Shown here: positions 1-11,423 of the stretch, piece after piece
How the letters are laid out: each line of letters opens with the position of its first letter
How positions within the stretch are numbered: the stretch's first letter is position 1
Source of the DNA: a virus
Lineage: Duplodnaviria; Heunggongvirae; Uroviricota; Caudoviricetes
Direction: 5' to 3' (one strand)
IMG/VR virus record: IMGVR_UViG_2721755676_000004
Length of the DNA: 54,213 bases
Made by a program: the position numbers and the translations under genes
Notes under the pieces: generated by a model
The model's database searches: none
Told to the model about the DNA's origin: nothing
The model's input: only the letters and a program-made list of their open reading frames with translations

Positions 1-234
1 ATGAAATCAAAAGACACCCTAAAGTGGTTCCCTGCGCAGCTTCCTGAAGTAAGAATTATCCTAGGGGATGCTGTAGTGGAAGTAGCAAAACAGGGAAGAC
101 CTATCAATACCAGAACATTGCTTGATTACATTGAAGGAAACATAAAGAAAAAATCATGGCTGGATAACAAAGAATTATTACAAACAGCGATATCAGTTCT
201 TAAAGACAACCAAAATTTAAATGGTAAAATGTAA
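1..234 (+). CDS. ynaE: YnaE/YdfK-like small prophage protein (77 aa)
   Basis: ORF starting at window position 1; translation matches my memory of the 77-aa YnaE/YdfK proteins that sit next to pin in Rac/Qin prophages; upstream context is outside the window. Confidence 0.55.
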   Translation: MKSKDTLKWFPAQLPEVRIILGDAVVEVAKQGRPINTRTLLDYIEGNIKKKSWLDNKELLQTAISVLKDNQNLNGKM

Positions 235-550
235 TATAATAAACTTACTTTTTTATCATTTTTCCACTTTAACAACATTTTGCTCCACTTTTCCACGACC
301 AAACAACTTGAAATCTGGTTAAAATAACACGCAACACTATTCTTCTTCCTTGAGTCCGCCCGGAACTCGAAAAACAAACCGAGTTAAAGCCATTTTTCAC
401 AAAATCGATTTTGGGTCTCACCAAAATTACGGGGTTGCATACGCATTCGTTTATTTTCGAACGTGTACATACAAATATGCACAAAAATAATCATAATTAT
501 TTTCTGAGATGCATTATGATATGAACACCAATTTCGTATAGAGTCTCACT

Positions 551-1141
551 ATGTCTCAAATTTTTGCTTACTGTCGGATATCAACGCTGGATCAGACCAC
601 CGAAAATCAACGCCGGGAAATCGAAAGTGCAGGTTTTAAAATCAAACCTCAGCAAATAATCGAAGAACACATTAGTGGCTCAGCAGCAACCAGTGAGCGT
701 CCTGGTTTTAACCGGTTGCTTGCTCGCCTGAAATGTGGTGATCAATTGATTGTGACAAAACTGGATCGCCTTGGTTGTAATGCAATGGATATCAGGAAAA
801 CAGTGGAACAACTGACCGAAACAGGTATCAGAGTGCATTGCTTAGCATTGGGGGGCATTGACCTGACCAGTCCAACAGGAAAAATGATGATGCAAGTAAT
901 TTCAGCAGTCGCTGAATTTGAACGAGACCTTTTACTTGAACGCACTCATTCCGGGATAGTAAGAGCCCGCGGCGCAGGGAAACGTTTTGGTCGACCACCT
1001 GTGTTAAATGAAGAACAGAAACAGGTGGTATTCGAACGAATTAAGTCAGGTGTAAGTATAAGTGCCATTGCCCGGGAATTCAAAACCTCGCGGCAAACCA
1101 TTTTAAGAGCCAAAGCAAAACTTCAGACACCTGACATATAA
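551..1141 (+). CDS. pinR: Serine-recombinase DNA invertase (Pin/Gin/Hin family)
   Basis: 196 aa; N-terminal motif [11 protein letters not shown] typical of the resolvase/invertase catalytic serine region; C-terminal HTH; adjacent to tail fibre genes. Confidence 0.9.
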   Translation: MSQIFAYCRISTLDQTTENQRREIESAGFKIKPQQIIEEHISGSAATSERPGFNRLLARLKCGDQLIVTKLDRLGCNAMDIRKTVEQLTETGIRVHCLALGGIDLTSPTGKMMMQVISAVAEFERDLLLERTHSGIVRARGAGKRFGRPPVLNEEQKQVVFERIKSGVSISAIAREFKTSRQTILRAKAKLQTPDI

Positions 1142-1238
1142 AAAATAATCTCGGTGTGAGATGCTTTACGTCTTCCAAGCCCCCTTCCTTGCCGTAAATG
1201 GAAAGATACATCTAATTATAGAATTTATATGTTTTACG

Positions 1239-1814
1239 CTACGGCAGTGCTGGCCATTCAATATCCTGTGAAGTTGACGTATCAACACGGTTCAGCAATA
1301 CCCGATACTTTTTCCATGCTTCCAGCAACGAGATTTCTTCCTCCGTTGCAATTTCCAGATCTGCAGCATCCTGAAGCGGCGCAATATGCTCACTGGCTAC
1401 CTGCATCAGGTTGTTTTTTGTTTCTTCCGCCTCCCGGATCCGGAACAGTTTTTCTGCTTCCGTATCCTTCACCCAGGCTGTGCCGTTCCACTTCTGAAAC
1501 TCCCCTTCCGGCGATAACCAGGTAACATTTTCCGGTAACGGACCGAGTTCAGAAATAAATAACGCGTCGCCGGAAGCCACGTCATAAACCGTTTTACCCC
1601 GATGATCTTCAACGAGATGCCACGATGCCTCATCACTGTTGAAAACAGCCACGAAGCCTGCCGGAATATCTGGCGGTGCAATATCGGTACTGTTTGCTGG
1701 CAGACCTGTATGAGGCGGAATATATGCATCACCTTCACCAATAAATTCATTAGTTCCGGCCAGCAGATTATAAATTGTTATGGTCCGTGGTTGTTCACTC
1801 ATTCTGAATACCAT
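1239..1814 (-). CDS. tfaR: Tail fibre assembly protein Tfa
   Basis: 191 aa; translation resembles lambdoid Tfa proteins; start overlaps stf stop (ATGA); immediately downstream of stf. Confidence 0.85.
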   Translation of the reverse strand: MVFRMSEQPRTITIYNLLAGTNEFIGEGDAYIPPHTGLPANSTDIAPPDIPAGFVAVFNSDEASWHLVEDHRGKTVYDVASGDALFISELGPLPENVTWLSPEGEFQKWNGTAWVKDTEAEKLFRIREAEETKNNLMQVASEHIAPLQDAADLEIATEEEISLLEAWKKYRVLLNRVDTSTSQDIEWPALP

Positions 1815-4800
1815 TATGCAAGCCTCACAATATAGTTAAATGCGATGTTTTTGACGGTGTTTTCCGCGTTACCAGCAGCGTTAACGGTGATGGTGTGTCC
1901 ATGTGAACCAATCGCAACGGAGTGCGTATGAGCACCAATACCGACAGTATGCGCGTGTGCACCTGCAGATGCTGCTGTGCCGGACAGTGAGTGGCTATGA
2001 TTACCATCTGTACTGGTATTAGCTAACCACCCCGTAGACATACCTACTGAGCCTTGTACACCCCAGGTATTTTGACCTGAGCTTGTATAACCATATTGAT
2101 AAGTATCTTTAAAAACACTGGGGTTAAATCGACGGCCATCTCTATGGCTGTGATTACCAGCTGCATTCGTGCTGCCACTTAAACTATGGGTATGCGCACC
2201 AGTGTTATTCGTGGATTTAGTGCCGTAATCAAACGACGATGTGGTTTTCGTCCCCAAATCCGTACTGGATGCGCTGGCGCTGTGGGTATGCGATTTAATG
2301 CCGTCCTGTTCCTGAGACAATACGGCCCGACCACTGGCAGGTTTGCCCTTAATCGTCCAGCCACGCATATCAGGGATCACGCCTGACGGATAAGCCGCTG
2401 CAAGTTTCGGGTATGCAGATTTGTCAAAAGTCTGCCCCTGCATCAGGGCATAGCCAGACGGAACGGTATCTGATGGCCACGGGATTGGTGCACCGACTGG
2501 ATAAAACTCTGCAGGAGGATGAGCCGAGGTGTAAAGCTGCGCCCACGGCGACCAGTTTGCGTCGGTCGTATCCCGTCGTGAACGAATAAATGCCGGAGCA
2601 TGAGCACCGCTTGTACCACTCCAGCCGATGAGTAACTCACCTTCGCCAACGGCTGTCATCCCTTTCAGGTGAATGATATTTCCATACGCTGTTGGATATC
2701 CGTTGTTATACACCTCGTATAACTCAAGACCTGTTGCCCCCTGCGTATTGTCTGTCAGCGCGGTTACCCGACCTTTTGAAGACAGATTAACTGATGATAC
2801 TGCTGTTCCACCTGACGGTAATGCCCCGATCTCTGATGCCGTTGGCTTATTTCTGGAGTTATAGTCCCTTCGCCAGCCAGGTGAATAATCTGTTCCGTGA
2901 TTAATATAGGTAAACTGGGCGTTAGTTGTTCCGCCACCAGTGGAGGTAGTCGGTGTGGTAATGCGGATCGTCATCGCTGACTTTATCCCCATTACTTCAA
3001 TGACAGCTCCTGCGAGATGAATATTACCGCAGCCAGTATCAGTAATGATTTTATTATTGCCATAAGACCAGGAACCCTTGCACATCCAGTATGGATGGTT
3101 AAATGCTCCCTGAGAATCCAGCCACTCGATAAACTGTGCAGTCGTCCAGTCTCCTGTTGTTGTGCTTACTGACCCACCGAAGGCACGGCTGGCACCAATA
3201 TTTTTCGTAAAGGTGTCTTTGCCAGGGATATCCGCACCGTTCTTATCTTTCTGCAGACGTTTCTCAGCATTGTCATTGGCTGCTTTTACTGCCTTTGGCG
3301 TTGCTGCCAGCGTTTCAGACGTGCTGTTGGTCGCGCTGCTTAGCTGGACTATCCCTTTCTGTGCTGTCGTTGCATCCTGTGCGGTGTATTTCCCGTCAGC
3401 CAGGTCATACGCGGCCTTAACTGCTTTTGGCGTTGCCGCCAGTGACTCGGAAGTGCTGTTGGTCGCACTGCTGAGCTGTACTATCCCCTTTTTCGTCGTG
3501 CTCGCATCCTCAAGCGCCACGGCGGATGCAATATCCTCTGCCCGTTTTGCCGCTGTCTCAGCGCGCGTTGCCGCGGATTCCGCCGTACTTTTGCTCTGTG
3601 CTGCCGCCGTCGCACTGCCAGCTGCCTCTGTCGCCTTCGTGGATGCTGTCGTGGCGCTGCCCTTCGCTGCTGACGCTTGTCTGGTCGCCTCATCTTTTGA
3701 AGCAGACGCAGATGATGCCGATGACGCCGCCGAACTGGCGGACGATGCGGCAGCCGTTTTTGAGGATTCTGCGCTGGTTTCCGACGCTTTCGCGTTCGTC
3801 TCGGATGTCTTCGCTGCGGAAGCAGACCTCGCTGCTGCGCTGGCCTGTTCAGTGGCTTCGCCAGCCTTCGTTGTGGCTGTTGAAGCAGACGATGCGGCAC
3901 TTTCTGCCGATTTTCCGGCGGCGGTGGCACTGGCTGAGGCCTGCCCGGCACTTGTTGACGCGGCACTGGCAGACGACGCAGCCGCTGTTTTTGAGCCTGC
4001 CGCAGCCGAGGCGCTCTGTCCCGCTGCCGTTTCAGAAGACCTGGCGTTTGTCTCAGACGTCTTTGCCGCCTTCGCGGAATTGCCTGCCGCCGTTGCCGAG
4101 GAAGCGGCACTACTGGCGCTTGATGATGCGTTCGTTTCTGATGATTTCGCTGCCTCTTTTGAGGCCGCCGCATCCCGGGCTGAGGTGGCTGCTTCTGACG
4201 CCTTCGTGGTCGCGGCGGATGCAGAAGTGGCTGCTGATTGTTGTGACGCTGCCGCATTCGTTTCTGACGTTTTCGCCGCAGCGGCACTGGTAGCTGCCGC
4301 GCTTTTTGAGGACTCTGCAGCAGCAGCACTTTTCGATGCTTCACTGGCCTTTGTTGATGCCGTTCCTGCGCTGGAAGATGCTGACTGAGCCGACGACGCG
4401 GCCTGTCCGGCTGACGTGCTGGCTGCGCGTGCTGAGCCTGCAGCATCAGTCGCATGGGTTGCCGCCTCACGTGCTGATGTGCCGGCATCGCTGGCTGACT
4501 TCTTCGCGGCTGCCGTGTTCTGTGCCACCGCGGACGCGTTACGCACCACCTCTTCCACCATCAGTTCAAAACGGCGCAGAGCCTCCGGACGGGCATCATC
4601 CTCCGTCATGGCACCGAGAAAATCATTCAGCGTACCGGGTTGAGAATCTTCATACACGGTGATGGTCCCGGCATGTGACGGCGGGAATCCTTCCACCAAC
4701 AGAATAACGCTGTACTGACCGTACTCAACGTCCATGCTGTAACGCCCGGCTTCATCCGGATTTTCTGAGGCCAGCGTGTTTACCACCACCGTGGTACTGT

Positions 4801-4885
4801 TACGTTTTGCTTTCAGCTGGATTGTGCAGTTCTGTACCGGTTTTCCTGTGCCGTCTTTCAGTACACCTGAAATCTTTACTGCCAT
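1814..4885 (-). CDS. stfR: Side tail fibre protein Stf with Ala/Ser-rich repeat region
   Basis: ORF track gives 1814..4891 from a GTG; ATG at 4885 gives N-terminus [12 protein letters not shown] typical of Stf; C-terminal His/Gly/Thr-rich fibre tip; internal tandem repeats. Confidence 0.85.
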   Translation of the reverse strand: MAVKISGVLKDGTGKPVQNCTIQLKAKRNSTTVVVNTLASENPDEAGRYSMDVEYGQYSVILLVEGFPPSHAGTITVYEDSQPGTLNDFLGAMTEDDARPEALRRFELMVEEVVRNASAVAQNTAAAKKSASDAGTSAREAATHATDAAGSARAASTSAGQAASSAQSASSSAGTASTKASEASKSAAAAESSKSAAATSAAAAKTSETNAAASQQSAATSASAATTKASEAATSARDAAASKEAAKSSETNASSSASSAASSATAAGNSAKAAKTSETNARSSETAAGQSASAAAGSKTAAASSASAASTSAGQASASATAAGKSAESAASSASTATTKAGEATEQASAAARSASAAKTSETNAKASETSAESSKTAAASSASSAASSASSASASKDEATRQASAAKGSATTASTKATEAAGSATAAAQSKSTAESAATRAETAAKRAEDIASAVALEDASTTKKGIVQLSSATNSTSESLAATPKAVKAAYDLADGKYTAQDATTAQKGIVQLSSATNSTSETLAATPKAVKAANDNAEKRLQKDKNGADIPGKDTFTKNIGASRAFGGSVSTTTGDWTTAQFIEWLDSQGAFNHPYWMCKGSWSYGNNKIITDTGCGNIHLAGAVIEVMGIKSAMTIRITTPTTSTGGGTTNAQFTYINHGTDYSPGWRRDYNSRNKPTASEIGALPSGGTAVSSVNLSSKGRVTALTDNTQGATGLELYEVYNNGYPTAYGNIIHLKGMTAVGEGELLIGWSGTSGAHAPAFIRSRRDTTDANWSPWAQLYTSAHPPAEFYPVGAPIPWPSDTVPSGYALMQGQTFDKSAYPKLAAAYPSGVIPDMRGWTIKGKPASGRAVLSQEQDGIKSHTHSASASSTDLGTKTTSSFDYGTKSTNNTGAHTHSLSGSTNAAGNHSHRDGRRFNPSVFKDTYQYGYTSSGQNTWGVQGSVGMSTGWLANTSTDGNHSHSLSGTAASAGAHAHTVGIGAHTHSVAIGSHGHTITVNAAGNAENTVKNIAFNYIVRLA

Positions 4886-4894
4886 ATTCACCCC

Positions 4895-4923
4895 ACAAAA
4901 AAGCCCGCCTGAACCGGCGGGCT
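4895..4923 (-). terminator. Rho-independent terminator candidate between lom and stf
   Basis: GC-rich inverted repeat AGCCCGCC...GGCGGGCT followed by a T-run on the minus strand. Confidence 0.5.
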
Positions 4924-4949
4924 GTCATAACACTGTGTTACCTGGCTAA

Positions 4950-5549
4950 TCAGAATTTATAACCAACACCCACGATGAACCCGTCAGTGCGCCAGTCACC
5001 ACTGCCGGAGCCTTCATAAGCGACATCAATGGCCACGGATTCGGTCGGGTTAAACTGCACGCCAGCCCCCCACACCAGAGACGTGTTGCTGTGGCGACCG
5101 TCATCACTTCCGGTCAGCACATCGTGCGTTTTCCCCTTATTGTCAGTTACGCGGATATAATCCCCGGAAAAAGTCGACACACGGCTGTAAGCCACACCCG
5201 CCATCGCATACGCGCTGAACCATTCATTCACGCGTACAGACGGCCCCGCCATCACGCTGAACCAGCGGTTACGCACGGAATCTTCATACCAGCGGGTATC
5301 GCTGTAACGGGTCAGCTGGCGATTCTTGTCTCCTGCATAGCTGAACGACGTCACCATCCCCAGTGTGTCCGTAAACTCATAACGGTATTTCACGTTAATC
5401 CCGTTCAGATCATCACTGCCGGGAACGTTCGTCCGGGCATGAAGATACCCCGCGCTCAGCGTGGACTGATGTTCAGATGCCCATGCAGGCGCACCGGATA
5501 CGGCCAGACAAATGGCTGCGGAAAAAATGGCGGCATAAAGTTTACGCAT
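4950..5549 (-). CDS. lom: Outer membrane beta-barrel protein Lom (Ail/Lom family)
   Basis: 199 aa; signal peptide; alternating amphipathic strands; C-terminal aromatic residue (GYKF); position between J and stf as in lambda. Confidence 0.85.
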   Translation of the reverse strand: MRKLYAAIFSAAICLAVSGAPAWASEHQSTLSAGYLHARTNVPGSDDLNGINVKYRYEFTDTLGMVTSFSYAGDKNRQLTRYSDTRWYEDSVRNRWFSVMAGPSVRVNEWFSAYAMAGVAYSRVSTFSGDYIRVTDNKGKTHDVLTGSDDGRHSNTSLVWGAGVQFNPTESVAIDVAYEGSGSGDWRTDGFIVGVGYKF

Positions 5550-5572
5550 AATTACCTCTCGCTTTTCTGCAA

Positions 5573-5600
5573 TAAAAAAGGCACCATTTCTGGTGCCCTT
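5573..5600 (-). terminator. Rho-independent terminator candidate downstream of J
   Basis: Hairpin GGCACCAGAAATGGTGCC followed by TTTTTTATT on the minus strand. Confidence 0.5.
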
Positions 5601-5618
5601 ATATGGGTTATAACAATT

Positions 5619-8600
5619 TCAACGAATACTGATGCCGGAAGCGGCTTTTTTGGTCACAATCACCGTACAGTCGGTGATATTGCCTGCCCCCTGATTGCCT
5701 TTCTGGAAAATCTTAAACTCCAGAGTGACGCTACCACCACCACTAGGCATATCAATAACTGCACTGTAACTACCGGGAATGGCCCCTTTAGTTTCTCTGG
5801 ATGCGATTAATACGCCGTTTTTGCGAACTTCAAAACCATAACCCGTGTATCGCGTGCCTCCTGGGTTATTTCCGCTCCCCGGATCGTCATACGCTATACC
5901 GTTAAAAATAATGGGCGGAATAATAATCTGGCGGTCAAAGTTATGATCATCGCTGATGGTGACTGTAACCGTACCGTTTGGTGTTTCCGTGTTACCCCAC
6001 GTACCGACTTTTTTCGGGAAGGCTTTTGATACAGCTTTAACGAAATCCCCTCTGACCTGGGTCGCCTCCAGCATGCCCTTAATCGTACAGTTCTGGTTAA
6101 TCGTGACATTGTTGAGCGTTCCTGAGTTCGCATTCACACTACCACTGATATCCGCATTTTTAGCGGTCAGCTTTCCGTCTGATGTCAGGGAAAATACCGG
6201 AGGACTGCCACCGCTGGTAATGGTGGGGGCTGTCAGGCGCTTCAGGAACACGTCGTTCATGAATATCTGGTTGCCCTGCGCCACAAACATCGGCGTTTCA
6301 TTCCCGTTTGCCGGGTCAATAAACGCGATACGGTTAGCGGCAACCAGAAACTGGCTCAGCTTGCCTTCCTCCGTGTCCTCCATGCTGAGGCCAATACCCG
6401 CGACATAATGTTTGCCGTCTTTGGTCTGCTCAATTTTGACGCCCCACATGGCATTCCATTTATCGTTAGCGTCCTTCCACTCTTTCGAAAACTCATCCAG
6501 TCTGCTGGCGTTATCCTCCGTCAGATCAACTTTTTCCAGCAGCTCTTTACCGAGATGGGATTCGGTTATCTTGCCTTTGAAAAAATCCAGGTAACCTTCC
6601 GCATCATCGCTCGCCCGACCGACAGCCTCCACGAATGCCGATGTGCCAACGGTGTTCACACTGCGAACGTAAAAATAATAATCATGGCCCGGTTTGATAT
6701 TGATACTGGCGGCTATCCAGTACAGCGCCGTACCAAGATAGCGGGCTGTGGTTTCAACCTGCCTGATATCGGTAATCCGCTTTTCCGAGAACCAGAACTC
6801 AAACTGTACCGTCGGGTCATAAACAGCAAGATGCGGCGTGGCGGTTATCTGAAAATAGCCCGGCGTCAGCTCAATCCTCGACGGTGCTGCCGGTGCGGCA
6901 ATCCGGAACGATACCGACGCCGGATCACCCTGCTGCCCCCGGGCATTTACCGCCCGGACTGTCAGCCTGTAGTTCCCCAGCGCCAGTTGCGTGAAGCGGT
7001 ATGTGGTTTCCGTCGTCCGGGCCGTGCTGACCAGCCGCTCACTGCCGTCGTCCGCTGTTACGGTCAGACGGAGCAGGAAGCTCACGCCCTTCACCACCTT
7101 CGGTGTGTCCCATCGCGCCAGCACCTGGTATTCCCCACTGTCTGCGGTGACTTCTGCGGTCAGGTGCTGCACCGCTGGCGGCGTGACACCATTCACCGTG
7201 CCGCTCTGGTCGCCGTCAAAGTGCGCCCCGTTATCCACGATGGCTTCTTTTTCCGGTACATGCTGCACGGCGGTGATGGCATACGTGCCGTCGTCGTTCT
7301 CACGGATACTCACGCAGCGGAACAGGCGCTGGCGCAGCGTCGGCAGCTTCAGCCCCCACACGCTGTATTCAGCAACGCCGTCAGGAACACGGCTCACTTT
7401 CACCTTCACGCCGTCGGTGACGGACTGAACCTCCACGCTGACCGGATTGCCACTTCCGTCAACCAGGCTTATCAGCGTGGTACCGGAGGATGGCAGCGTG
7501 ATTTCACGGTCGAGCGTCAGCGTCCGGGTCTGGCTGTTTACCGCCAGCACGCGCCCGCCGGTGCTGATACCGGCATAGTCATCATCACAGATTTCAATGA
7601 CATCGCCCGGCACATGGCGAAGCCCTTCGGCACCCACGCTGAAGTCCACGGTCTGCGTTTCCAGCAGTTCTGTTTTAATCAGCCACAGCCCGGCTCGGTG
7701 CGCCTGCCCCCGACTGGTACAGCCAAACGCATCCATCTTCGTGACGTTACGACCGTAACGGGCAATGGCCTGCGAGTCCTCCACAAGCTCTGTTGCCGTC
7801 TCCCAGCCGTTATCCGGGTCAATCCAGTTCACCTCAACGGCATTATGGCGGTCTTTCAGGGCGCTGAAGCTGTAGCGGAACGGCGCGCCATCATCCGGCA
7901 TCACCACATTACTGCGGTTATAGGTCCACACCTTATCCGACGGTCGGTCCTGCACGAACATCAGCGTCTGCCCGTTCCATACCGGCATACAGCGCATCGC
8001 CGAGCAGAAATCACTGAGCACATCCCACGCCTTGCGCTGTGTGGTCAGGTACGCATTACAGGTGATGCGCGGCTCCGTGCCGCCAAAACCGTCCGGCACC
8101 GACTGATCGCAATGCTGGCCGATGACATACAGCGCCCATTTGTCCACATCCGCCGCACCAAGACGTTTCCCCATGCCGTAGCGCGGATGGGTCAGCATAT
8201 CCCACAGACACCAGGCCATGTTGTTGCTGTATGCTGGCTTAAACGTTCCGTCCCAGATACCGCTGTATTGCCGCGTCTGCGGGTTATAGTTCGACGGCAC
8301 CTGCAGAATGCGCCCGCGCAGATGATAATTACGGCTCACCTGCTGGCTGCCGAACTGCTCCGAATCCACCTGCACGCCGACCAGTGCCGTGTTCGGGTAG
8401 CACTGTTTCACATCGATGATTTCGGTGTATGACGACCAGAGCGTTTTGTTCTGCAGCTGGTCTGTGGTGCTGTCCGGCGTCATCCTGCGCATCCGGATAT
8501 TGAACGGGCGCGGCGGCAGGTTACCCACCACCACCGATGCCAGATACTGTGAGGTGGTTTTGCCTTTAATGGTGATGTCTTTTTCCGTCACCCAGCCACC

Positions 8601-9032
8601 GTTACGCTGTATCTGAACCAGCAGGCGGACTTCCGACGGATTCCGGTCCCCCTTTGAGGTGGTTTCCACCAGTGCCTGCACACCGAAGGTAAAGCGCAGA
8701 CGGTCGATGTTTGCCGACGTGATGGTCCGGGTAATCGGCGTGTCGTACTTCACTTCCGTACCCAGCACCGTCTCGGAGCCGGAGGATTCAAATCCCTCCG
8801 GCGGTGTCTGCTCCTGCTCACCTGCCCGGAAAACCACCGTGACACCGGAGATATTGGTATTCCCCTCACTGTCCAGCACCGGCGTACTGTTCAGCAGCAC
8901 ACTTTTTAATCCGTCCACCGGACCTTCAACCGGCCCTTCACTGATGGCGTCTATCACGCTCAGCATCTGGGATGATTTCAGGTTGTCCTTCGCTTCGCGC
9001 GGGGTATGCCCCTTACTGCTGCCTTTACCCAT
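5619..9032 (-). CDS. J: Tail tip / host specificity protein J
   Basis: 1137 aa; N-terminus [20 protein letters not shown] and most of the length match lambda gpJ as I remember it; C-terminal ~150 aa diverge. Confidence 0.9.
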   Translation of the reverse strand: MGKGSSKGHTPREAKDNLKSSQMLSVIDAISEGPVEGPVDGLKSVLLNSTPVLDSEGNTNISGVTVVFRAGEQEQTPPEGFESSGSETVLGTEVKYDTPITRTITSANIDRLRFTFGVQALVETTSKGDRNPSEVRLLVQIQRNGGWVTEKDITIKGKTTSQYLASVVVGNLPPRPFNIRMRRMTPDSTTDQLQNKTLWSSYTEIIDVKQCYPNTALVGVQVDSEQFGSQQVSRNYHLRGRILQVPSNYNPQTRQYSGIWDGTFKPAYSNNMAWCLWDMLTHPRYGMGKRLGAADVDKWALYVIGQHCDQSVPDGFGGTEPRITCNAYLTTQRKAWDVLSDFCSAMRCMPVWNGQTLMFVQDRPSDKVWTYNRSNVVMPDDGAPFRYSFSALKDRHNAVEVNWIDPDNGWETATELVEDSQAIARYGRNVTKMDAFGCTSRGQAHRAGLWLIKTELLETQTVDFSVGAEGLRHVPGDVIEICDDDYAGISTGGRVLAVNSQTRTLTLDREITLPSSGTTLISLVDGSGNPVSVEVQSVTDGVKVKVSRVPDGVAEYSVWGLKLPTLRQRLFRCVSIRENDDGTYAITAVQHVPEKEAIVDNGAHFDGDQSGTVNGVTPPAVQHLTAEVTADSGEYQVLARWDTPKVVKGVSFLLRLTVTADDGSERLVSTARTTETTYRFTQLALGNYRLTVRAVNARGQQGDPASVSFRIAAPAAPSRIELTPGYFQITATPHLAVYDPTVQFEFWFSEKRITDIRQVETTARYLGTALYWIAASINIKPGHDYYFYVRSVNTVGTSAFVEAVGRASDDAEGYLDFFKGKITESHLGKELLEKVDLTEDNASRLDEFSKEWKDANDKWNAMWGVKIEQTKDGKHYVAGIGLSMEDTEEGKLSQFLVAANRIAFIDPANGNETPMFVAQGNQIFMNDVFLKRLTAPTITSGGSPPVFSLTSDGKLTAKNADISGSVNANSGTLNNVTINQNCTIKGMLEATQVRGDFVKAVSKAFPKKVGTWGNTETPNGTVTVTISDDHNFDRQIIIPPIIFNGIAYDDPGSGNNPGGTRYTGYGFEVRKNGVLIASRETKGAIPGSYSAVIDMPSGGGSVTLEFKIFQKGNQGAGNITDCTVIVTKKAASGISIR

Positions 9033-9092
9033 TCCTCACGCTCCATAAACGACAAAACCGCCCGGAGGCGGTTTCACATAAAACGTTTTTCA

Positions 9093-9740
9093 TCAGCGAC
9101 CAATCACCACAACCTGACCACCATCCCCTTCGTCTGCCGTGCTGATCTCCTGAGAGACCACCCGCGACCCCACGCGCATTTCACCGTACAGAACGGGCAG
9201 AACATTGCCCTGGGCAACCATGTTATCCAGTGACGAGAAATACGTGTTCTGTTTGCCGTTATCTGTACTGGCTGCCGTGGGCGTCCTGGCTTTCGGTGCC
9301 AACATCTGCGCCACACCGCCCAGGATCATACTGGCCCCTGCCGCATACATACCCGATACAGCCGTGGCCCCCAGCCAGCCCACAGGGTTCCACCATGCAA
9401 CCGCAATCAGCGCCGCCCCCAGCACTGCCTGAAAAATACCGCCACTTTTAGCACCCGCCGGACGCGGTACGATGTGGATCACGGCACCATTTTCCAGCGG
9501 CTCATTAAGACGGGCAGACAATTCAGTTTCACCTGCATCACGCCCGGCAATGCGTACCTGGTACCAGCCGTCGCTCAGTTTCTGACGAAATGCCGGGATC
9601 TGCATGGCCAGCGCCCGGATGGCTTCGGACCCCGTTTTCACTCGAAGGTCGATGCGGCGGCCAAATCGTTGTAAATCCCCGTAAAGGCAGATGCGTGCCA
9701 TGCCCGGTGACGCCAGAGGGAGTGTGTGCGTCGCTGCCAT
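9093..9740 (-). CDS. I: Tail assembly protein I
   Basis: 215 aa; translation resembles lambda gpI; overlaps K by ~100 nt as in lambda. Confidence 0.85.
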   Translation of the reverse strand: MAATHTLPLASPGMARICLYGDLQRFGRRIDLRVKTGSEAIRALAMQIPAFRQKLSDGWYQVRIAGRDAGETELSARLNEPLENGAVIHIVPRPAGAKSGGIFQAVLGAALIAVAWWNPVGWLGATAVSGMYAAGASMILGGVAQMLAPKARTPTAASTDNGKQNTYFSSLDNMVAQGNVLPVLYGEMRVGSRVVSQEISTADEGDGGQVVVIGR

Positions 9741-10381
9741 TTGTCGGTGTACCTCTCTCGTTTGCTCAGTTGTTCAGGAATATGGTGCAGCAGCTCGCTG
9801 TCACCACAGTAAATGGCGGCATGATTCGGCACCGATGAACCAAAACAGCACAGCAGCACATCGCCCGGCTGCGCCGCTGACAACGGCACCTGATACAGCC
9901 CTGTGGCCTCCAGATTATCCAGATAGAGATTCTGACCGTGACGCCACCAGTTATCCCCGCGATGAAAATCCGGCATCTCAATTCCCGCCAGATGGTAAGC
10001 GTCCCGGAACAGCGTGTAACAGTCCGTCACCCCGTGCTCAAAGCGCCGCCCGGTGAGATGCGGCACACAGCGGAATTTATGAATCGCCCCCCGGCAGACC
10101 AGCCACCACGGCAAATCACTCTGTACCTGCAGCCGCCGGTCGGCCTCACTCAGCCAGGGCAGACCACCGGGGTGGCTGTGGACCAGCGCCACAATCTCTC
10201 CCTGCATTTCTGCACTCAGCCAGTCCTCCGGCGACATCCGGAAATACGCCTCCGGCTCACCGGAGATATTCACGCAGGGAAAATATCTTTCCTCCTCCGG
10301 CGTTCTCACCACGAAGCCGCACGACTCCGCTGGCGCACATCGCCGGGCGTGCGCCAGAATCGCTGATTCTGTCTCTGTCAT
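9638..10381 (-). CDS. K: Tail assembly protein K (JAMM/MPN plus NlpC/P60-like)
   Basis: HSHP metal-binding motif and downstream Cys/His motif; synteny L-K-I; true start may be internal to the 247-aa ORF. Confidence 0.8.
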   Translation of the reverse strand: MTETESAILAHARRCAPAESCGFVVRTPEEERYFPCVNISGEPEAYFRMSPEDWLSAEMQGEIVALVHSHPGGLPWLSEADRRLQVQSDLPWWLVCRGAIHKFRCVPHLTGRRFEHGVTDCYTLFRDAYHLAGIEMPDFHRGDNWWRHGQNLYLDNLEATGLYQVPLSAAQPGDVLLCCFGSSVPNHAAIYCGDSELLHHIPEQLSKRERYTDKWQRRTHSLWRHRAWHASAFTGIYNDLAAASTFE

Positions 10382-10386
10382 GGGAT

Positions 10387-11085
10387 TTACTGCGAAAGTT
10401 TGTTAATGGAAAGGAAGCTGCCAAAGTTGCCGACATTATTGCGAAACTTACAGCCACTCAGGCATTTGCTGCATTTATCCTTCGTGATATCGGACGTCGG
10501 CTGGTCATATTCATCCGCGACCGCCGGACCGCTATAACCGCACTCATCGCCGCGATAGGTCCAGGTGCAGGTGTTGGCCAGCATGATACGTCCCGGAAAA
10601 ACAGCGCCATCCGTTTCAGTCGGCGTGGACAGTACAAAAGAGGCACTGACCGCGCTCAGTTCGCTGCACTGCTCGATGCGCCAGCGGCTGATCACCTCCT
10701 GCTCCGGATCGGCTTCGCTGTTTCCGTTGACGAAGTTCACCGCATCCAGAAAGCGGGCGTAAACCTTACGCCGGACCACCGTTCCGCCGACCAGACTCTG
10801 CAGATCTTCCGCCATCCCGGTGATCATGCCGTGCAGGTTAGAGACCGTCAGTGTCGGACGGGCAGCACTGCCCTTGCCGTTCATCTCAAATCCACTCCCC
10901 TGAATGGGATAGGCCTGATACTGCCGACTCTGCCAGGTGACAGACTCACCTTTTTCGTTCTGCTCATTACAGAAAAAGTAGCGATCCCCGCCTACCTCGG
11001 TCAGGTCGATTTCCCAGAGCACCACGCTGGCCGACTGCTCCGCACGAATGCATTCATTCAGCGTTTCCTGTTGTATGTCCTGCAT
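10387..11085 (-). CDS. L: Minor tail protein L
   Basis: 232 aa; resembles lambda gpL including C-terminal Cys cluster; synteny. Confidence 0.85.
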   Translation of the reverse strand: MQDIQQETLNECIRAEQSASVVLWEIDLTEVGGDRYFFCNEQNEKGESVTWQSRQYQAYPIQGSGFEMNGKGSAARPTLTVSNLHGMITGMAEDLQSLVGGTVVRRKVYARFLDAVNFVNGNSEADPEQEVISRWRIEQCSELSAVSASFVLSTPTETDGAVFPGRIMLANTCTWTYRGDECGYSGPAVADEYDQPTSDITKDKCSKCLSGCKFRNNVGNFGSFLSINKLSQ

Positions 11086-11423
11086 CAGATCACCACTTCG
11101 TCAAACTGACACGAAAAATCTGTATAGGTGATATGTTCTGTCGCTGACCACGTTCGACACACCACTCTGATTTTTCTGTTAATACCCGGCGGGCGCCAAA
11201 AAAAAGATTTATAGCCTTCATGCCGGGCTAAAAATTTTTCAAATGAATCACGTTCATTCGCCTCAACTTTGAAATCACAGGTGAAAACGCGCAGAGAATG
11301 ATTAAGTCCATTTGGACTTCGTTGCTCATAACCATCGCCAAATCTTACAGTTTTTATCGATGGTTTATTTTCTGTTTTCATTCCATCCTCTGGTAACCAG
11401 TGAAATTCTTCCGTATTAGCCAC
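11085..11423 (-). CDS. M: Minor tail protein M
   Basis: 112 aa; VRFGDGY motif as in lambda gpM; ATGA overlap with L. Confidence 0.8.

Noticed and set aside
126-484. Two minus-strand ORFs (83 and 71 aa) between the ynaE-like gene and pin
   Set aside because: They lie in an AT-rich intergenic/promoter region, overlap each other and the ynaE-like 3' end, and have no RBS or recognisable features.
3162-4488. Long ORFs of 255-408 aa on both strands (3162..4388 +, 3526..4293 +, 3481..4488 -) with Ala- or Arg/Pro/Gln-rich translations
   Set aside because: They lie entirely inside the stf coding region and are alternative-frame artefacts of its GC-rich Ala/Ser repeat segment; Stf itself is supported by homology and synteny.
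5091-5810. 239-aa plus-strand ORF spanning lom and the J 3' end
   Set aside because: Antisense to two well-supported genes and crosses the terminator between them.
6408-8432. 674-aa plus-strand ORF
   Set aside because: Antisense to the J gene, which matches lambda gpJ over its length; Arg/His-rich composition is typical of a reverse-frame artefact.
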